This document shows, one piece after another, positions 1 through 8,910 of a stretch of DNA of 64,000 nucleotides (within the stretch, counting starts at the first letter, position 1; each line of letters begins with the position of its first letter). The notes beneath the pieces are model-generated. The model saw only the letters and a program-made list of their open reading frames with translations, was not told where the DNA came from and ran no database searches. Location of the stretch: NCBI GenBank assembly GCA_024698965.1, contig JAILQM010000083.1, positions 8,882-72,881 on the forward strand, written 5' to 3'. Origin of the DNA: Eubacterium sp. GTDB taxonomy: Bacteria; Bacillota; Clostridia; Lachnospirales; Lachnospiraceae. The position numbers and the translations under genes are program-made.

Positions 1-87
1 ACAGCTGTTGAATGGTTCAAGGCTAAACATCCTGAAGAGTACGCTGAACTTGCTAAGGATCTTGATGGAGATCACGACTACAAATAA
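1..87 (+). CDS. 3' end of an unidentified CDS (…TAVEWFKAKHPEEYAELAKDLDGDHDYK*)
   Basis: Frame 1 is open from the window edge to TAA at 85-87 and is followed by a strong intrinsic terminator. Its codon choice (gct/cct/ctt) matches the biased set seen in 28890-29240 and 45214-46221. Confidence 0.5.
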   Translation, partial: TAVEWFKAKHPEEYAELAKDLDGDHDYK

Positions 88-110
88 AATATAGCGAAAG
101 CTTTAAAAAA

Positions 111-141
111 ACAGCTGCACAATTTGTGCAGCTGTTTTTTA
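111..141 (+). terminator. Rho-independent terminator
   Basis: An 11-bp perfect stem (acagctgcaca / tgtgcagctgt) with a 3-nt loop is followed by a T-run, about 24 nt after the stop codon. Confidence 0.85.
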
Positions 142-506
142 TTGGAAGGACAACCAAATGTATAAATAAAAGCTACCGGTGTGGCAGCTTTTATCTATAA
201 CAGTTGTAATCTTGAATAAAGTATTGTAAAAATAGTAAAATAATGTTAACATTATTTTTGGAAAAATCAAATATTGAGGTGTTACGATGTGTACCACTGC
301 GGAAAGCGCCAACTCTCCGCAGCAGGGTATGGCAGAACAAGTGCCACACAGTACAGACAAAGTCTGCGATACACAAACAAGAGTATAACACAATTAGCTA
401 TTTGTCGCAATTACTTGCTATGTACTTATGAAGCGGCTTAAATGTTGTGTTACTTCATTTGTTTCTGGTGTATTCGTTTATTTTGTTTCTTAAACCTTAT
501 ATATAT

Positions 507-551
507 GAGGTGCTGGTGTGGATGCCGGCACCTCTTTTTGATTTTTCTTAA
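507..551 (+). terminator. Orphan rho-independent terminator inside the long leader upstream of the surface-protein gene
   Basis: A 10-bp stem (gaggtgctgg / ccggcacctc, one G-U pair) with an 8-nt loop is followed by tttttgattttt. No credible CDS ends here. Confidence 0.6.
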
Positions 552-649
552 GGTTACATCAGGTGCCTCTAATAAGGTCACATGGTGTAACCAAAAGAGA
601 AATCAGCCGGTCCTTTTCATACCGGCATATTAAGGAGGAGAAGAAACAA

Positions 650-3568
650 ATGAAAAACGAGAAACTATTAAAAAAGTGCCTCGCATTCTTGCTTGCAGCA
701 GTTATGACACTTGCGGCAGCACCTAATGTGGGGTTATTTGCACCTGTAGTAGTTTATGCGGCGTCTAATGCAACTCTCTACACAAATGACATTAAAATGG
801 TATATATCCAGGGTCAAGAAATTGATTTAGATAATTTTGAGTATTATGACGGAGATGCACAACTTACATATTCAGTCGAATCAAACTCAGTAATAAGTCT
901 AAGTTCAACAGACAGTAGCATGGCAACTATGAAAGGAAGAGGGACTGTTACTGTAACAGTGGAAGCCGCAGCTACTGACAATTATAATGCTGTGTCGGGT
1001 ACTTTTACTGTAACACTTACAGATTTAACTGTAAGCATAGGGGAACAAACAGGTGAACTTACAAGTGGTACAGCAGGAGAGGTTACTTATACTGTTACTA
1101 CTAATGTTAGAGGGGAATATCAATTTTTTATAAATTCTCTTCCGGACGGAGTGAGTGCTAAGGGAAATTCCGATACTCTTGGTGACGATTATGTTCTGTG
1201 CCGGGCACCGCTTGATGAAGATGGGTATGAATGCATAACTGGTTCAGAAACTGAATATACAGGAACTATAACTCTGACTACCACTGCTGAAGCAGAAGCC
1301 GGTACAACTGCTCTTACGTTTAATGTTGGCGCAGTATATGCTAGTCCGGTTTCTTTAACAATTTCAGAGGAATCAGATAATAGAACTAGCCTTAGTGGGG
1401 CTACAGTTTCTGTTACAGGAGATTACACTTATACAGGTAGCGCTATTGAACCGGAATCATCTGCGGTAACTGTAACATTAGATGATCAGGAAGTGGATTC
1501 TTCTCAATATACAGTTTCATATTCGAATAATACAAATTCAGGAACAGCAACTGTTACTGTAACTGCTGCTGAAGATTCAGAAAATTATAAGGGGAATGCA
1601 ACGGGTGAATTTACAATTGCAAAAAAATCACTTACACCAACCTTAACGGTTACAGGAGATAAGACATATGACGGAGATACTGCGCTTTCTGATGACCAGT
1701 CTTACGAATTATCGCTTACAGGAGTTGTAGAAGGTGACACTGTAAATGCTGAAGCTGAAAGTATAGCATATTCATCAGCTGATGCAGGAACAACAGGGGT
1801 AACTGCATCAGGCCTTACTCTTTCAGGTGATGATTATTCTAACTATTCGTTGACAGATACTACAGCTACAACGACAGCATCTGCTATAGCAAAAGCATCA
1901 TTTACGGATGGTTCCGAGACAGACTCATATGTATATGGTGAAAGCTCAAATTCTCTTCTTGCTGTAACTGTACCAACCCAGGCTTATAATACTACATCTC
2001 TTGAAGGTGTGGTTGTTAAGTATAATGGAAAAACTCTTGCAGCAACGTCAGATTATACGGTAGGAACAGGTGAAATTGATTCTGAAAATGCTACAGCCGG
2101 GACATTTACTTTAACAGGAACAGGTACTAATTTTGAAGGCGCGATTAGTGTACCATATACTTTAGCTACAGAGGACGCAATAAATCTTTCTGATTATACT
2201 ATAGTTGTTAGATCTTCTGAGAATGAAACTACTACGATAACTGCTGTAACTGCCGTAAATAATTCATATGAATATACCGGTTCTGCAATTACAATTCCGC
2301 AGTTTGGAATGTATCTTACATCTGATATATCAAACGAAACACTTACAGATACAAATTTTGCCGGTAGCATTATTACAGATGATGATTTTGTGACAACTTT
2401 TACAGATAATGTAAATGTCGGCACAGCTACACTTACTGTTCAGGCAACAGGTACAAACTGCTATGGCACTACTACTGCAAATTTTGTTATAACTAAGGCA
2501 ACAAATGCGTGGACAAAGGAACTTACCTGCGCAAATACAACGGGCACACCTTCTCCAAGCGCAACAGCTAAATTCGGAGAAGTAACATATAAGTACAGCT
2601 CAGACGGTGAAACCTATACAGATGATGTACCTGCATCAGTAGGAACCTACTATGTAAAAGCCTATGTTGAGGGCACAAGTAATTATACAGCTCTTGAATC
2701 TGATGCAGTTTCATTTAAGATTAATAAAAAGAGCAGCGGAGGCAGCTCATCATCAGGCTCGTCAAGTAGCTCGTCATCAAGCTCATCAAGCAGTTCATCG
2801 TCATCTGACAGCAGTTCGTCATCAGAGAGCAGTTCATCAGATACAACTACAAATGCAGACGGCTCAACTACAACAAAAACCACTGATGCAGCAGGAAATG
2901 TAACTGAGACAACCACATCAAGCGATGGAAAGACGGTGGTTACCGAAGTGACAAATGCGGACGGCACAGGCTCTGTAACAGAAACTGCAACAAGTGATTC
3001 GGGCAGCACAAAGACATCTGTTGTTGAATCAGATGCCAATGGTAACGCAACAAGTATTACCATAACTACCGAAAATGCATCGGGCGGAGAAAAGACTGTT
3101 TCCTATGAAGTATCCGATGCAGGAACTCTTACTTTTAGCAGCGTAGATACAAATGTAAAGAATCTTGCTATTCCAAAAACCGTAACAGCAGCAGACGGAA
3201 AGACCTATGCGGTTACAAAGATTGCAGCAGGAGCGTGCAAGGGCGAAGATACTATTACAAAGGTAAAAGTAGGAAAGAATGTTGAAATAATCGGATCGGG
3301 AGCATTCAGAGACTGCGATAACTTAAAGAGCGTTACTATAAGCTCCGGAATAACAAAAATTGGTGCAAATGCGTTTAACGGTGCCGAGAATCTTAAGAAT
3401 ATTGTAATCAACTGCTCAAGCCTTAAGAAAATAGGAAAGGGCGCGTTTGATAATATTAATTCAAAGGCAACTATAAAACTTAAAGGCACAAACAAGCAGG
3501 TTGCAAAGGTTAAAAAGCTCCTTAAAAAATCAGGACTTTCATCAAGCATAAAAGTAGTGAAAGCATAA
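650..3568 (+). CDS. Secreted cell-surface protein: signal peptide, Ig-like/MBG-type repeats, poly-Ser linker, C-terminal BspA-type leucine-rich repeats
   Basis: ATG at 650 is preceded by AAGGAGGAG. The N-terminus MKNEKLLKKCLAFLLAAVMTLAAAP…VYA looks like a signal peptide. KTYDGDTA…GDDYSNYSL motifs are typical of MBG domains. The C-terminal repeats fit the LRR_5 pattern (IGSGAFRDCDNLKSVTISSGITKIGANAFNGAENLKNIVI). The ORF track extends to 563, but that N-terminal extension lacks an RBS. Confidence 0.85.
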   Translation: MKNEKLLKKCLAFLLAAVMTLAAAPNVGLFAPVVVYAASNATLYTNDIKMVYIQGQEIDLDNFEYYDGDAQLTYSVESNSVISLSSTDSSMATMKGRGTVTVTVEAAATDNYNAVSGTFTVTLTDLTVSIGEQTGELTSGTAGEVTYTVTTNVRGEYQFFINSLPDGVSAKGNSDTLGDDYVLCRAPLDEDGYECITGSETEYTGTITLTTTAEAEAGTTALTFNVGAVYASPVSLTISEESDNRTSLSGATVSVTGDYTYTGSAIEPESSAVTVTLDDQEVDSSQYTVSYSNNTNSGTATVTVTAAEDSENYKGNATGEFTIAKKSLTPTLTVTGDKTYDGDTALSDDQSYELSLTGVVEGDTVNAEAESIAYSSADAGTTGVTASGLTLSGDDYSNYSLTDTTATTTASAIAKASFTDGSETDSYVYGESSNSLLAVTVPTQAYNTTSLEGVVVKYNGKTLAATSDYTVGTGEIDSENATAGTFTLTGTGTNFEGAISVPYTLATEDAINLSDYTIVVRSSENETTTITAVTAVNNSYEYTGSAITIPQFGMYLTSDISNETLTDTNFAGSIITDDDFVTTFTDNVNVGTATLTVQATGTNCYGTTTANFVITKATNAWTKELTCANTTGTPSPSATAKFGEVTYKYSSDGETYTDDVPASVGTYYVKAYVEGTSNYTALESDAVSFKINKKSSGGSSSSGSSSSSSSSSSSSSSSSDSSSSSESSSSDTTTNADGSTTTKTTDAAGNVTETTTSSDGKTVVTEVTNADGTGSVTETATSDSGSTKTSVVESDANGNATSITITTENASGGEKTVSYEVSDAGTLTFSSVDTNVKNLAIPKTVTAADGKTYAVTKIAAGACKGEDTITKVKVGKNVEIIGSGAFRDCDNLKSVTISSGITKIGANAFNGAENLKNIVINCSSLKKIGKGAFDNINSKATIKLKGTNKQVAKVKKLLKKSGLSSSIKVVKA
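2732..2839 (+). repeat. Serine-rich low-complexity tract (about 36 codons, mixed AGC/TCA/TCG/AGT) within the surface protein
   Basis: The translation reads SSGGSSSSGSSSSSSSSSSSSSSSSDSSSSSESSSS. Confidence 0.9.
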
Positions 3569-3594
3569 CCTTCTTTACCCTATATGAACCATGT

Positions 3595-3624
3595 GAAGAC
3601 CGCCATTTGGCGGTCTTCTTGTTT
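3595..3624 (+). terminator. Rho-independent terminator of the surface-protein gene
   Basis: Hairpin gaagaccgcc-attt-ggcggtcttc is followed by ttgttt. Confidence 0.8.
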
Positions 3625-3788
3625 GGGGAAGGGGCTATAAGCACATTGGTAGCAGTGCTACCGTAACATATGCAAAACATAGAGCTATAAGACAAAATGT
3701 GTTGATAAAAAAACTGTAAAGTATTGTAAATACAGGATTTATAGGTATTTAATCTTCTTAAAATCAGAAGGTTTTGGAGGAAGATTAA

Positions 3789-4575
3789 ATGAATCAAGTA
3801 AATTGTCCGGTTTGTGGAAATAAATGTGTGAAGTCCGGAAAAACAAAAGCCGGGGCACAACGCTGGCTATGCAAATCATGTAACACATCTTTAACGCATA
3901 ATATAGATAACAGTTCAAAAGAACTTCAGCTATTCTTAAATTGGTTATTTGGAAAGAATTATCGCAGAACCTAGGATGGTTGTTTCTGATGGTGGTACAG
4001 GTTTTGCTAAGGCACTTAAAAAGGTATGGCCAAATGCGAAACATCAATGTTGTATTTTTCATGTTTTTTGTCAGGTAAAGCGATATACAACTTCAAGACC
4101 TAATACATTGGCAGGTTTCGAATTATATCATTTGGAAAAGGATTTGTTGAAAATAAAAACAAAAAAGGAAGCGAATGAATGGGTTAAACGTTTTGTAAAC
4201 TGGACAAAAAAGCATCAGGATTTTTTGAGTCAAATGACAACAGATGAGTATAGAAGAAAAAGACCTACACATGAACGATTATTAAAGGCTCAGAGATCGT
4301 TGTTAAAACTAATAAAAGAAAGCACTATGTTTACGTATCTCGATGATGAAGTGGCAGTCGATTTTGAAACGCCTGCTACTAATAATAGAATTGAAGGCGG
4401 CGTTAATTCGAGACTAAGAGAAATGCTTAGAAATCACAGAGGTCTATCTATAGAAAGAAGAATAAAAGCGGTTTACTGGTGGTGCTATATGAATTCACCA
4501 GAACCGCTTACTTCTTCTGAAATATTAAGTACAATGCCTACAGATACAAGCATTGCAGCTATATATAAAAAGAGA
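3789..4575 (+). pseudogene. Degraded IS transposase (IS256/IS1249-group-like mutator-type DDE transposase) with an internal deletion/frameshift
   Basis: The N-terminal zinc ribbon (CPVCGNKC…RWLCKSCN) ORF stops at 3974. The catalytic-core-like part (VVSDGGTGFAKALKKVWPNAKHQCCIFH…TNNRIEGGVNSRLR) continues in another frame from about 3949. Only about 10 aa lie between the two parts, where about 100 aa would be expected. Beyond about 4590 the ORF 3949-5271 is merely antisense to the ABC gene. Confidence 0.6.
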
Positions 4576-4596
4576 GTGTATATTCTCATTATTATA

Positions 4597-6333
4597 TTAC
4601 GCTATCTTCCAGCTTACGGCCTGTTTCCTTCCCTGTATAAAGTTCTTATAAATTCCGTCTTCTTCCATAAGCTCCTCGTGTCTTCCCTGTTGAACTATTT
4701 TGCCGTTATCAACAACAATTATCTGGTCTGCTCCTCTTACTGTCTTAAGTCTGTGAGCAATCATGATTATTGTCTTTTCTTTCGTAAGGTTTTCAATAGC
4801 CGCAGTAAGCTCTTTTTCGTTTTCCGGATCGACATTAGCCGTAGCCTCATCAAGAATTATAATAGGTGCGTCTTTCATAATGGCTCTTGCAATCGCAATC
4901 CTTTGCCTCTCTCCGCCCGATATTGTAGCTCCGCCTTCGCCTATAACGGTATCATATCCGTCCGGAAGCTGCATTATAAAATCATGGCAGCATGCCTTTT
5001 TAGCCGCTTCTTTTACCTCATCCAAAGATGCTTCAGGTCTGCCGAATTTAATATTATTTGCTATCGTATCCTCAAAAAGATATACCTTCTGGAATACAAA
5101 ACTGAAGTTTTCCATAAGGGAATCAAAGCTGTAGTCTTTTACGTCTCTTCCGCCCAAAGTCACTCTTCCTTCATCCACATCCCAGAATCTTGCGATAAGA
5201 GATGTAAGAGTTGTCTTTCCGCCGCCGGACGGTCCGACTATTGCGGTTGTTGTATTTTCCTTAATATCTAAAGTAACACCGTCTATTATCTTTCTGTTTT
5301 CATATGCAAAGCTTACGTTTTCAAGATGAATATCTCTGTTTTGCGGTACAATGTTTTCTCCGTTAATATCCATCTGTTCAATTTCAAGTACCTCATTTAT
5401 CATATCAACACCTCTGCCTATTACTCTTAAAAGCGGAGTATATACACCGGCCGCATTAAGGGTATCAAAGAGCATGAAAGAACAAAGAAGCATTGTTATT
5501 GTGTAATTAAGCTCCATTGTGCCGTTTAAATAAAACCATATTGAAAAGCCCGCGATAAAAACACCGGTGAGTTTACACACAAAGTTTTGAACATTAACAG
5601 CAGGAATTGCAGCAACTTCGGCGCCTATATCCACATTCTTTTTCTTCTCTATATACTGCTTCATCTTTGCATCATTTTGAGCAAACATATTGTAGTTTCT
5701 GATTTCGGCAATACCCTGGATATACTCGAGCACAACTCCCACGACTTCTCTGTCGCTCATAACTTTTGCTTCGGAAATCTCTTTAACGTGATTATTTGTA
5801 TATCTGTTTACAATAAGGAAAAGTACAACACCTACGGCCGATATCAAACCTATTCTTATATCAAAGGCAAATATGGCAGCGGCAATTACAATAGATCCGA
5901 TGCTTCCCTGAACAACCATCATTATTGCCCTTGTTGCAACATCTCCGACCTGCTCTAGCATATTAGTCGTAACAGAGGTAATATGTCCCAAGCTGTTGTC
6001 GTTAAAATACCCCATAGGAAGATATCTTAAATGTTCTCCAATCTCGACTCTCTTTCCGGCGCAGGTATTATAACCGGCCTCAGTTTGAATCATCTGAGAG
6101 TATCTGTTTACCACCATCTTTCCGACAGTACTTATAAGCATAAGACCGATTACCGTTGCAAAGGTAGCGGCAGTAATTTCACGGTTTATAACAGCCGTTA
6201 TGGCAAAATACGCTGCCGGAATTTTGGTTGCCCCGAAAAGTCCGTCTATTACTCCGAGCACAATTGATATATAAAATTTTCTTCTGTTTTCTTCATTACA
6301 AAAATCAAAGAATTTTTTAAGCCACTTAAACAC
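4597..6333 (-). CDS. ABC transporter permease/ATP-binding protein (type I exporter half-transporter, subunit B of a heterodimer)
   Basis: A 6-TM N-terminal domain is followed by Walker A GPSGGGKT, signature ISGGERQR and Walker B IIILDEAT. It overlaps the upstream paralogue by 8 nt. Confidence 0.9.
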   Translation of the reverse strand: MFKWLKKFFDFCNEENRRKFYISIVLGVIDGLFGATKIPAAYFAITAVINREITAATFATVIGLMLISTVGKMVVNRYSQMIQTEAGYNTCAGKRVEIGEHLRYLPMGYFNDNSLGHITSVTTNMLEQVGDVATRAIMMVVQGSIGSIVIAAAIFAFDIRIGLISAVGVVLFLIVNRYTNNHVKEISEAKVMSDREVVGVVLEYIQGIAEIRNYNMFAQNDAKMKQYIEKKKNVDIGAEVAAIPAVNVQNFVCKLTGVFIAGFSIWFYLNGTMELNYTITMLLCSFMLFDTLNAAGVYTPLLRVIGRGVDMINEVLEIEQMDINGENIVPQNRDIHLENVSFAYENRKIIDGVTLDIKENTTTAIVGPSGGGKTTLTSLIARFWDVDEGRVTLGGRDVKDYSFDSLMENFSFVFQKVYLFEDTIANNIKFGRPEASLDEVKEAAKKACCHDFIMQLPDGYDTVIGEGGATISGGERQRIAIARAIMKDAPIIILDEATANVDPENEKELTAAIENLTKEKTIIMIAHRLKTVRGADQIIVVDNGKIVQQGRHEELMEEDGIYKNFIQGRKQAVSWKIA

Positions 6334-8104
6334 TTAATGCCTCCCTTCCGATGCCGATCGGGGCATCTTCGTCATTGTCCTTTGCCATGCTGTGTGCTTC
6401 CCACATATTCTTGTAGAGCTCGCAGTTTTTAACCAGCTCTTCATGAGTTCCTTCTCCGGCAACATTTCCGTTATTAATAACAAATATCTTGTCCGCATCT
6501 TTTACCGTAGAAAGTCTGTGAGCTATAACAATAAGTGTTCTTCCTTTAACAAGTTTTGCCACAGATGCCTGCACCAAAGCTTCGTTTTCGGGATCTGTGT
6601 AGGCCGTTGCCTCATCTAGGATAACAACCGGTGCATCCTTAAGCATTGCTCTCGCAATACAAATTCTTTGCCTCTCTCCTCCGGACAAATGTCCTCCGGC
6701 TCCGCCAACCATAGTATCGTATCCGTTTTCAAGATTTAAAATAAATTCGTGACAACCGCTTCCCTTGGCCGCATTTATTACATCTTCATCAGTTGCTCCT
6801 GCGCGGCCGAGTCTTATATTTTCCATAATGCTCATATCGAAAAGATAATTATCCTGAGCAACGTAAGCAATCTGACCTGTGTAATAATCCAGCGGCAAAT
6901 CCTTAATATTTACTCCTCCGTAGGTTATCTCTCCCCCGTCTACATCCCAAAGAGAATCTATGAGTCTTGCAATCGTACTTTTGCCCGATCCCGAAGGCCC
7001 TACAATTGCATTTACCTTGCCCTCAAGAATATCCATATTTATGCCGTGAAGAACTTCTTTATCTTTATATTTAAATCTGACATCTTTTACATCAATCTTA
7101 GAACCTTTTGGCTCTTTTATGAGTTTTTCAGGCCTTACCATATCTTCTCTTGTAAGTATTTCCGTTACTTCTCCGAAAATAGTGCTTACTTTCATAATGT
7201 CGTCCATATATGAAAAAGCAACTACAAGAGGAGAAATGAGGCCGACGGAAAGTATTATACCCGTAATAAAATCCTCGGGCAGCATAGATCCGTTTTTAAC
7301 AAGAACAAGTCCCACAGGAAGAGCTCCGAGTAAAGTTGCCGGCAAAAATGCCAAACTTCCCGCCTGCCACCATATGCATTTTCTCATCCAGTCAATAAAA
7401 CAGTCCGCACCTTCTTTTGCAGCAATAACAAACTTCTCATACGAGCTTCCTGTCTTACCGAAAGCCTTAATAACCTCGATACCGTTAATGTATTCAACCG
7501 CCGTATCGTTGAGCTTTTTGGTTTTTTCCACCGTGATCTCAAAGTTACCTTTACTCTTCAGCATCATAACCGCCACAAATACAAGACCTATCGGCAGGCA
7601 GATGAGATTCGAAAGTCCCATTATCGGATTCAGTTTAATAAGATATATAAACATTACACACGGCAGAAGTATATTCGATGTAAACTCCGGCACGATATGC
7701 GCAAGTGTTACCTCCATCGCATCAACTCTTTCAACGATAATGTTTTTATAACTTCCGCTATGATCGTCGAGAACCGATCCGAGCGGTATCTTTCCGAGTT
7801 TTTCACAAAGCTGTATTCTTATGCCGCCAAGGACATTATATGTAGCTACATGTGAAAGTGTTGTTGATACGGAATGAAGAAATATTCTAAGAGCCCAGCA
7901 AACCGCCATCCATATAACAGGGCCTATATAACAGCTCCAATCTCTTTCGCCTGCAAGAAGCAGACTCACCATATAAGAAATAAGTAAATACGGCAAAAAT
8001 GATGCCGCCACGCCGAGCATGGCAAAAAGCACACTGCCGACATAGTAGATTTTCTTTCTCCCGGCAAATTCAAGTATCCAGGAAAGAGTACTCCTCTTTT
8101 TCAT
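6326..8104 (-). CDS. ABC transporter permease/ATP-binding protein (type I exporter half-transporter, subunit A)
   Basis: TMD plus Walker A GPSGSGKS, signature LSGGERQR and Walker B VVILDEAT. Confidence 0.9.
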   Translation of the reverse strand: MKKRSTLSWILEFAGRKKIYYVGSVLFAMLGVAASFLPYLLISYMVSLLLAGERDWSCYIGPVIWMAVCWALRIFLHSVSTTLSHVATYNVLGGIRIQLCEKLGKIPLGSVLDDHSGSYKNIIVERVDAMEVTLAHIVPEFTSNILLPCVMFIYLIKLNPIMGLSNLICLPIGLVFVAVMMLKSKGNFEITVEKTKKLNDTAVEYINGIEVIKAFGKTGSSYEKFVIAAKEGADCFIDWMRKCIWWQAGSLAFLPATLLGALPVGLVLVKNGSMLPEDFITGIILSVGLISPLVVAFSYMDDIMKVSTIFGEVTEILTREDMVRPEKLIKEPKGSKIDVKDVRFKYKDKEVLHGINMDILEGKVNAIVGPSGSGKSTIARLIDSLWDVDGGEITYGGVNIKDLPLDYYTGQIAYVAQDNYLFDMSIMENIRLGRAGATDEDVINAAKGSGCHEFILNLENGYDTMVGGAGGHLSGGERQRICIARAMLKDAPVVILDEATAYTDPENEALVQASVAKLVKGRTLIVIAHRLSTVKDADKIFVINNGNVAGEGTHEELVKNCELYKNMWEAHSMAKDNDEDAPIGIGREALSV

Positions 8105-8156
8105 TAATCCAGCCTCCTTAACTATCTAACCCTTTTCTGCGAATATGGTTTTCACA

Positions 8157-8759
8157 TCAGAATCCCAAAAATTTGCGCCAACCTTCTCTAAAGAAGACAT
8201 TTACCGTCTCTGCATAATGAATGGCCTCCTCATAAGTAAAGTCATGCATTATCATCTCAAGCATCGCAGAATACTGCGCGCTCAGCAAAAGGTGCATCTC
8301 CTTATCGTCAATTTGTTTAACCTTCCCATCTTTCGGACCGAACTCTCTCATAAACTTAAGTGTTGAGTTTTGTACCTTTGTAATGGTTTCGTGGAAATAA
8401 TTAGCGTATTTTGTACCTTCACTACCGAAAAACAAAAGTTTTTGTTCGTCAAAGTTGGCATAGAACATATCGACCATAAGCTTAATTTGGGTTTTGTCCG
8501 CCCACATGGCTTCAACTCCTTGGCAATCAGCGATTTCGTGTTCCCTTTCCTCTTCAGAACCGCAAAAGCTTTCGCATGCATCTACAGCAGGTTTTACCAC
8601 GGCATCAAATATTTCTTCCTTATTTTTATAATGCCTGTACAATGCCGTTGCAGATATTCCGAGTTCTTTGGCTATGTTTCGCATAGAAGCCTCTTTAAAA
8701 CCTTTTTCCATGAACTCTTTTTTTGCCACTCCCAAAATCTTGTCTTTAGTATTCATCAT
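8157..8759 (-). CDS. TetR/AcrR family transcriptional regulator (first gene of the ABC exporter operon)
   Basis: The N-terminal HTH reads ILGVAKKEFMEKGFKEASMRNIAKELGISATALYRHYKNKEEIF. ATG at 8759 lies 5 nt after GGAGG. The ORF track uses GTG at 8765 instead. Confidence 0.85.
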   Translation of the reverse strand: MMNTKDKILGVAKKEFMEKGFKEASMRNIAKELGISATALYRHYKNKEEIFDAVVKPAVDACESFCGSEEEREHEIADCQGVEAMWADKTQIKLMVDMFYANFDEQKLLFFGSEGTKYANYFHETITKVQNSTLKFMREFGPKDGKVKQIDDKEMHLLLSAQYSAMLEMIMHDFTYEEAIHYAETVNVFFREGWRKFLGF

Positions 8760-8770
8760 TTCCACCTCCG

Positions 8771-8802
8771 GTTAACGCCGTTAACTTGTTAACGCTGTTA
8801 AC
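8771..8802 (-). promoter_or_regulatory. Two adjacent GTTAAC-containing palindromic operator-like sites (likely TetR autoregulation)
   Basis: gttaacgccgttaac (8771-8785) contains the perfect 13-bp palindrome TTAACGcCGTTAA. gttaacgctgttaac (8788-8802) is a near copy. Both lie between the -10 box and the RBS. Confidence 0.55.
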
Positions 8803-8831
8803 ATTATAGTTAGACATATCTACCCTGTCAA
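8803..8831 (-). promoter_or_regulatory. Sigma-A type promoter (TTGACA-17-TATAAT) for the tetR-ABC operon
   Basis: On the reverse complement, TTGACA is at 8826-8831 and TATAAT at 8803-8808, with a 17-nt spacer. Confidence 0.7.
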
Positions 8832-8862
8832 TGTAAATATTTCTCAATAAGCTCGTTTGCCC

Positions 8863-8891
8863 AAAAAAAGCCGGTGCATACATACACCGGC
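8863..8891 (-). terminator. Rho-independent terminator downstream of potD
   Basis: The minus strand reads ggccggtg-tatgtatg-caccggc followed by ttttttt. Confidence 0.8.
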
Positions 8892-8910
8892 CTCTTAATC
8901 TTAGGCTTAT

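Noticed and set aside
217-230. The identical 14-mer TAAAGTATTGTAAA at 217-230 and 3717-3730, both upstream of plus-strand genes.
   Set aside because: The flanking sequences show no further similarity. Both copies lie in AT-rich promoter-like DNA where such matches are more likely by chance. This is not enough to call a shared regulatory site or IS end.
139-393. The Cys-rich 84-aa minus-strand ORF and the overlapping 62-66-aa ORFs between the first terminator and the surface-protein gene.
   Set aside because: There is no RBS. The ORFs are mutually overlapping in an AT-rich non-coding region, and their composition is not protein-like. The region is better treated as a leader or ncRNA candidate.
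250-506. Attempt to assign the surface-protein leader to a known riboswitch class (c-di-GMP-I/II, cobalamin; note CCACTGCGG at about 295).
   Set aside because: I could not find the conserved cores of these aptamers by eye. Only the generic promoter, structure and terminator layout is supported.
2683-3063. The 126-aa minus-strand ORF and the 79-aa plus-strand ORF over the Ser/Thr-rich region.
   Set aside because: These are artefacts of low-complexity AGC/TCA repeats, which keep several frames open. The surface-protein frame is continuous and has domain support on both sides.
4590-5271. 3' two-thirds of the 440-aa ORF 3949-5271 (+).
   Set aside because: Past about 4590 the frame runs antisense through the well-supported ABC transporter gene. 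The peptide there is low-complexity and hydrophobic (…YILIIILRYLPAYGLFPSLYKVLINSVFF…) and unlike any transposase. Only 3949 to about 4575 resembles a transposase.
7119-7751. Long antisense ORFs inside strong genes (7119-7751, 13669-14286, 19702-20343, 24102-24632, 55523-56098, 52088-52570 and others).
   Set aside because: Each is fully embedded opposite a CDS with clear family motifs and lacks an RBS or recognisable domains. Their composition (rich in S, L, F, I, C and R) is typical of shadow ORFs.
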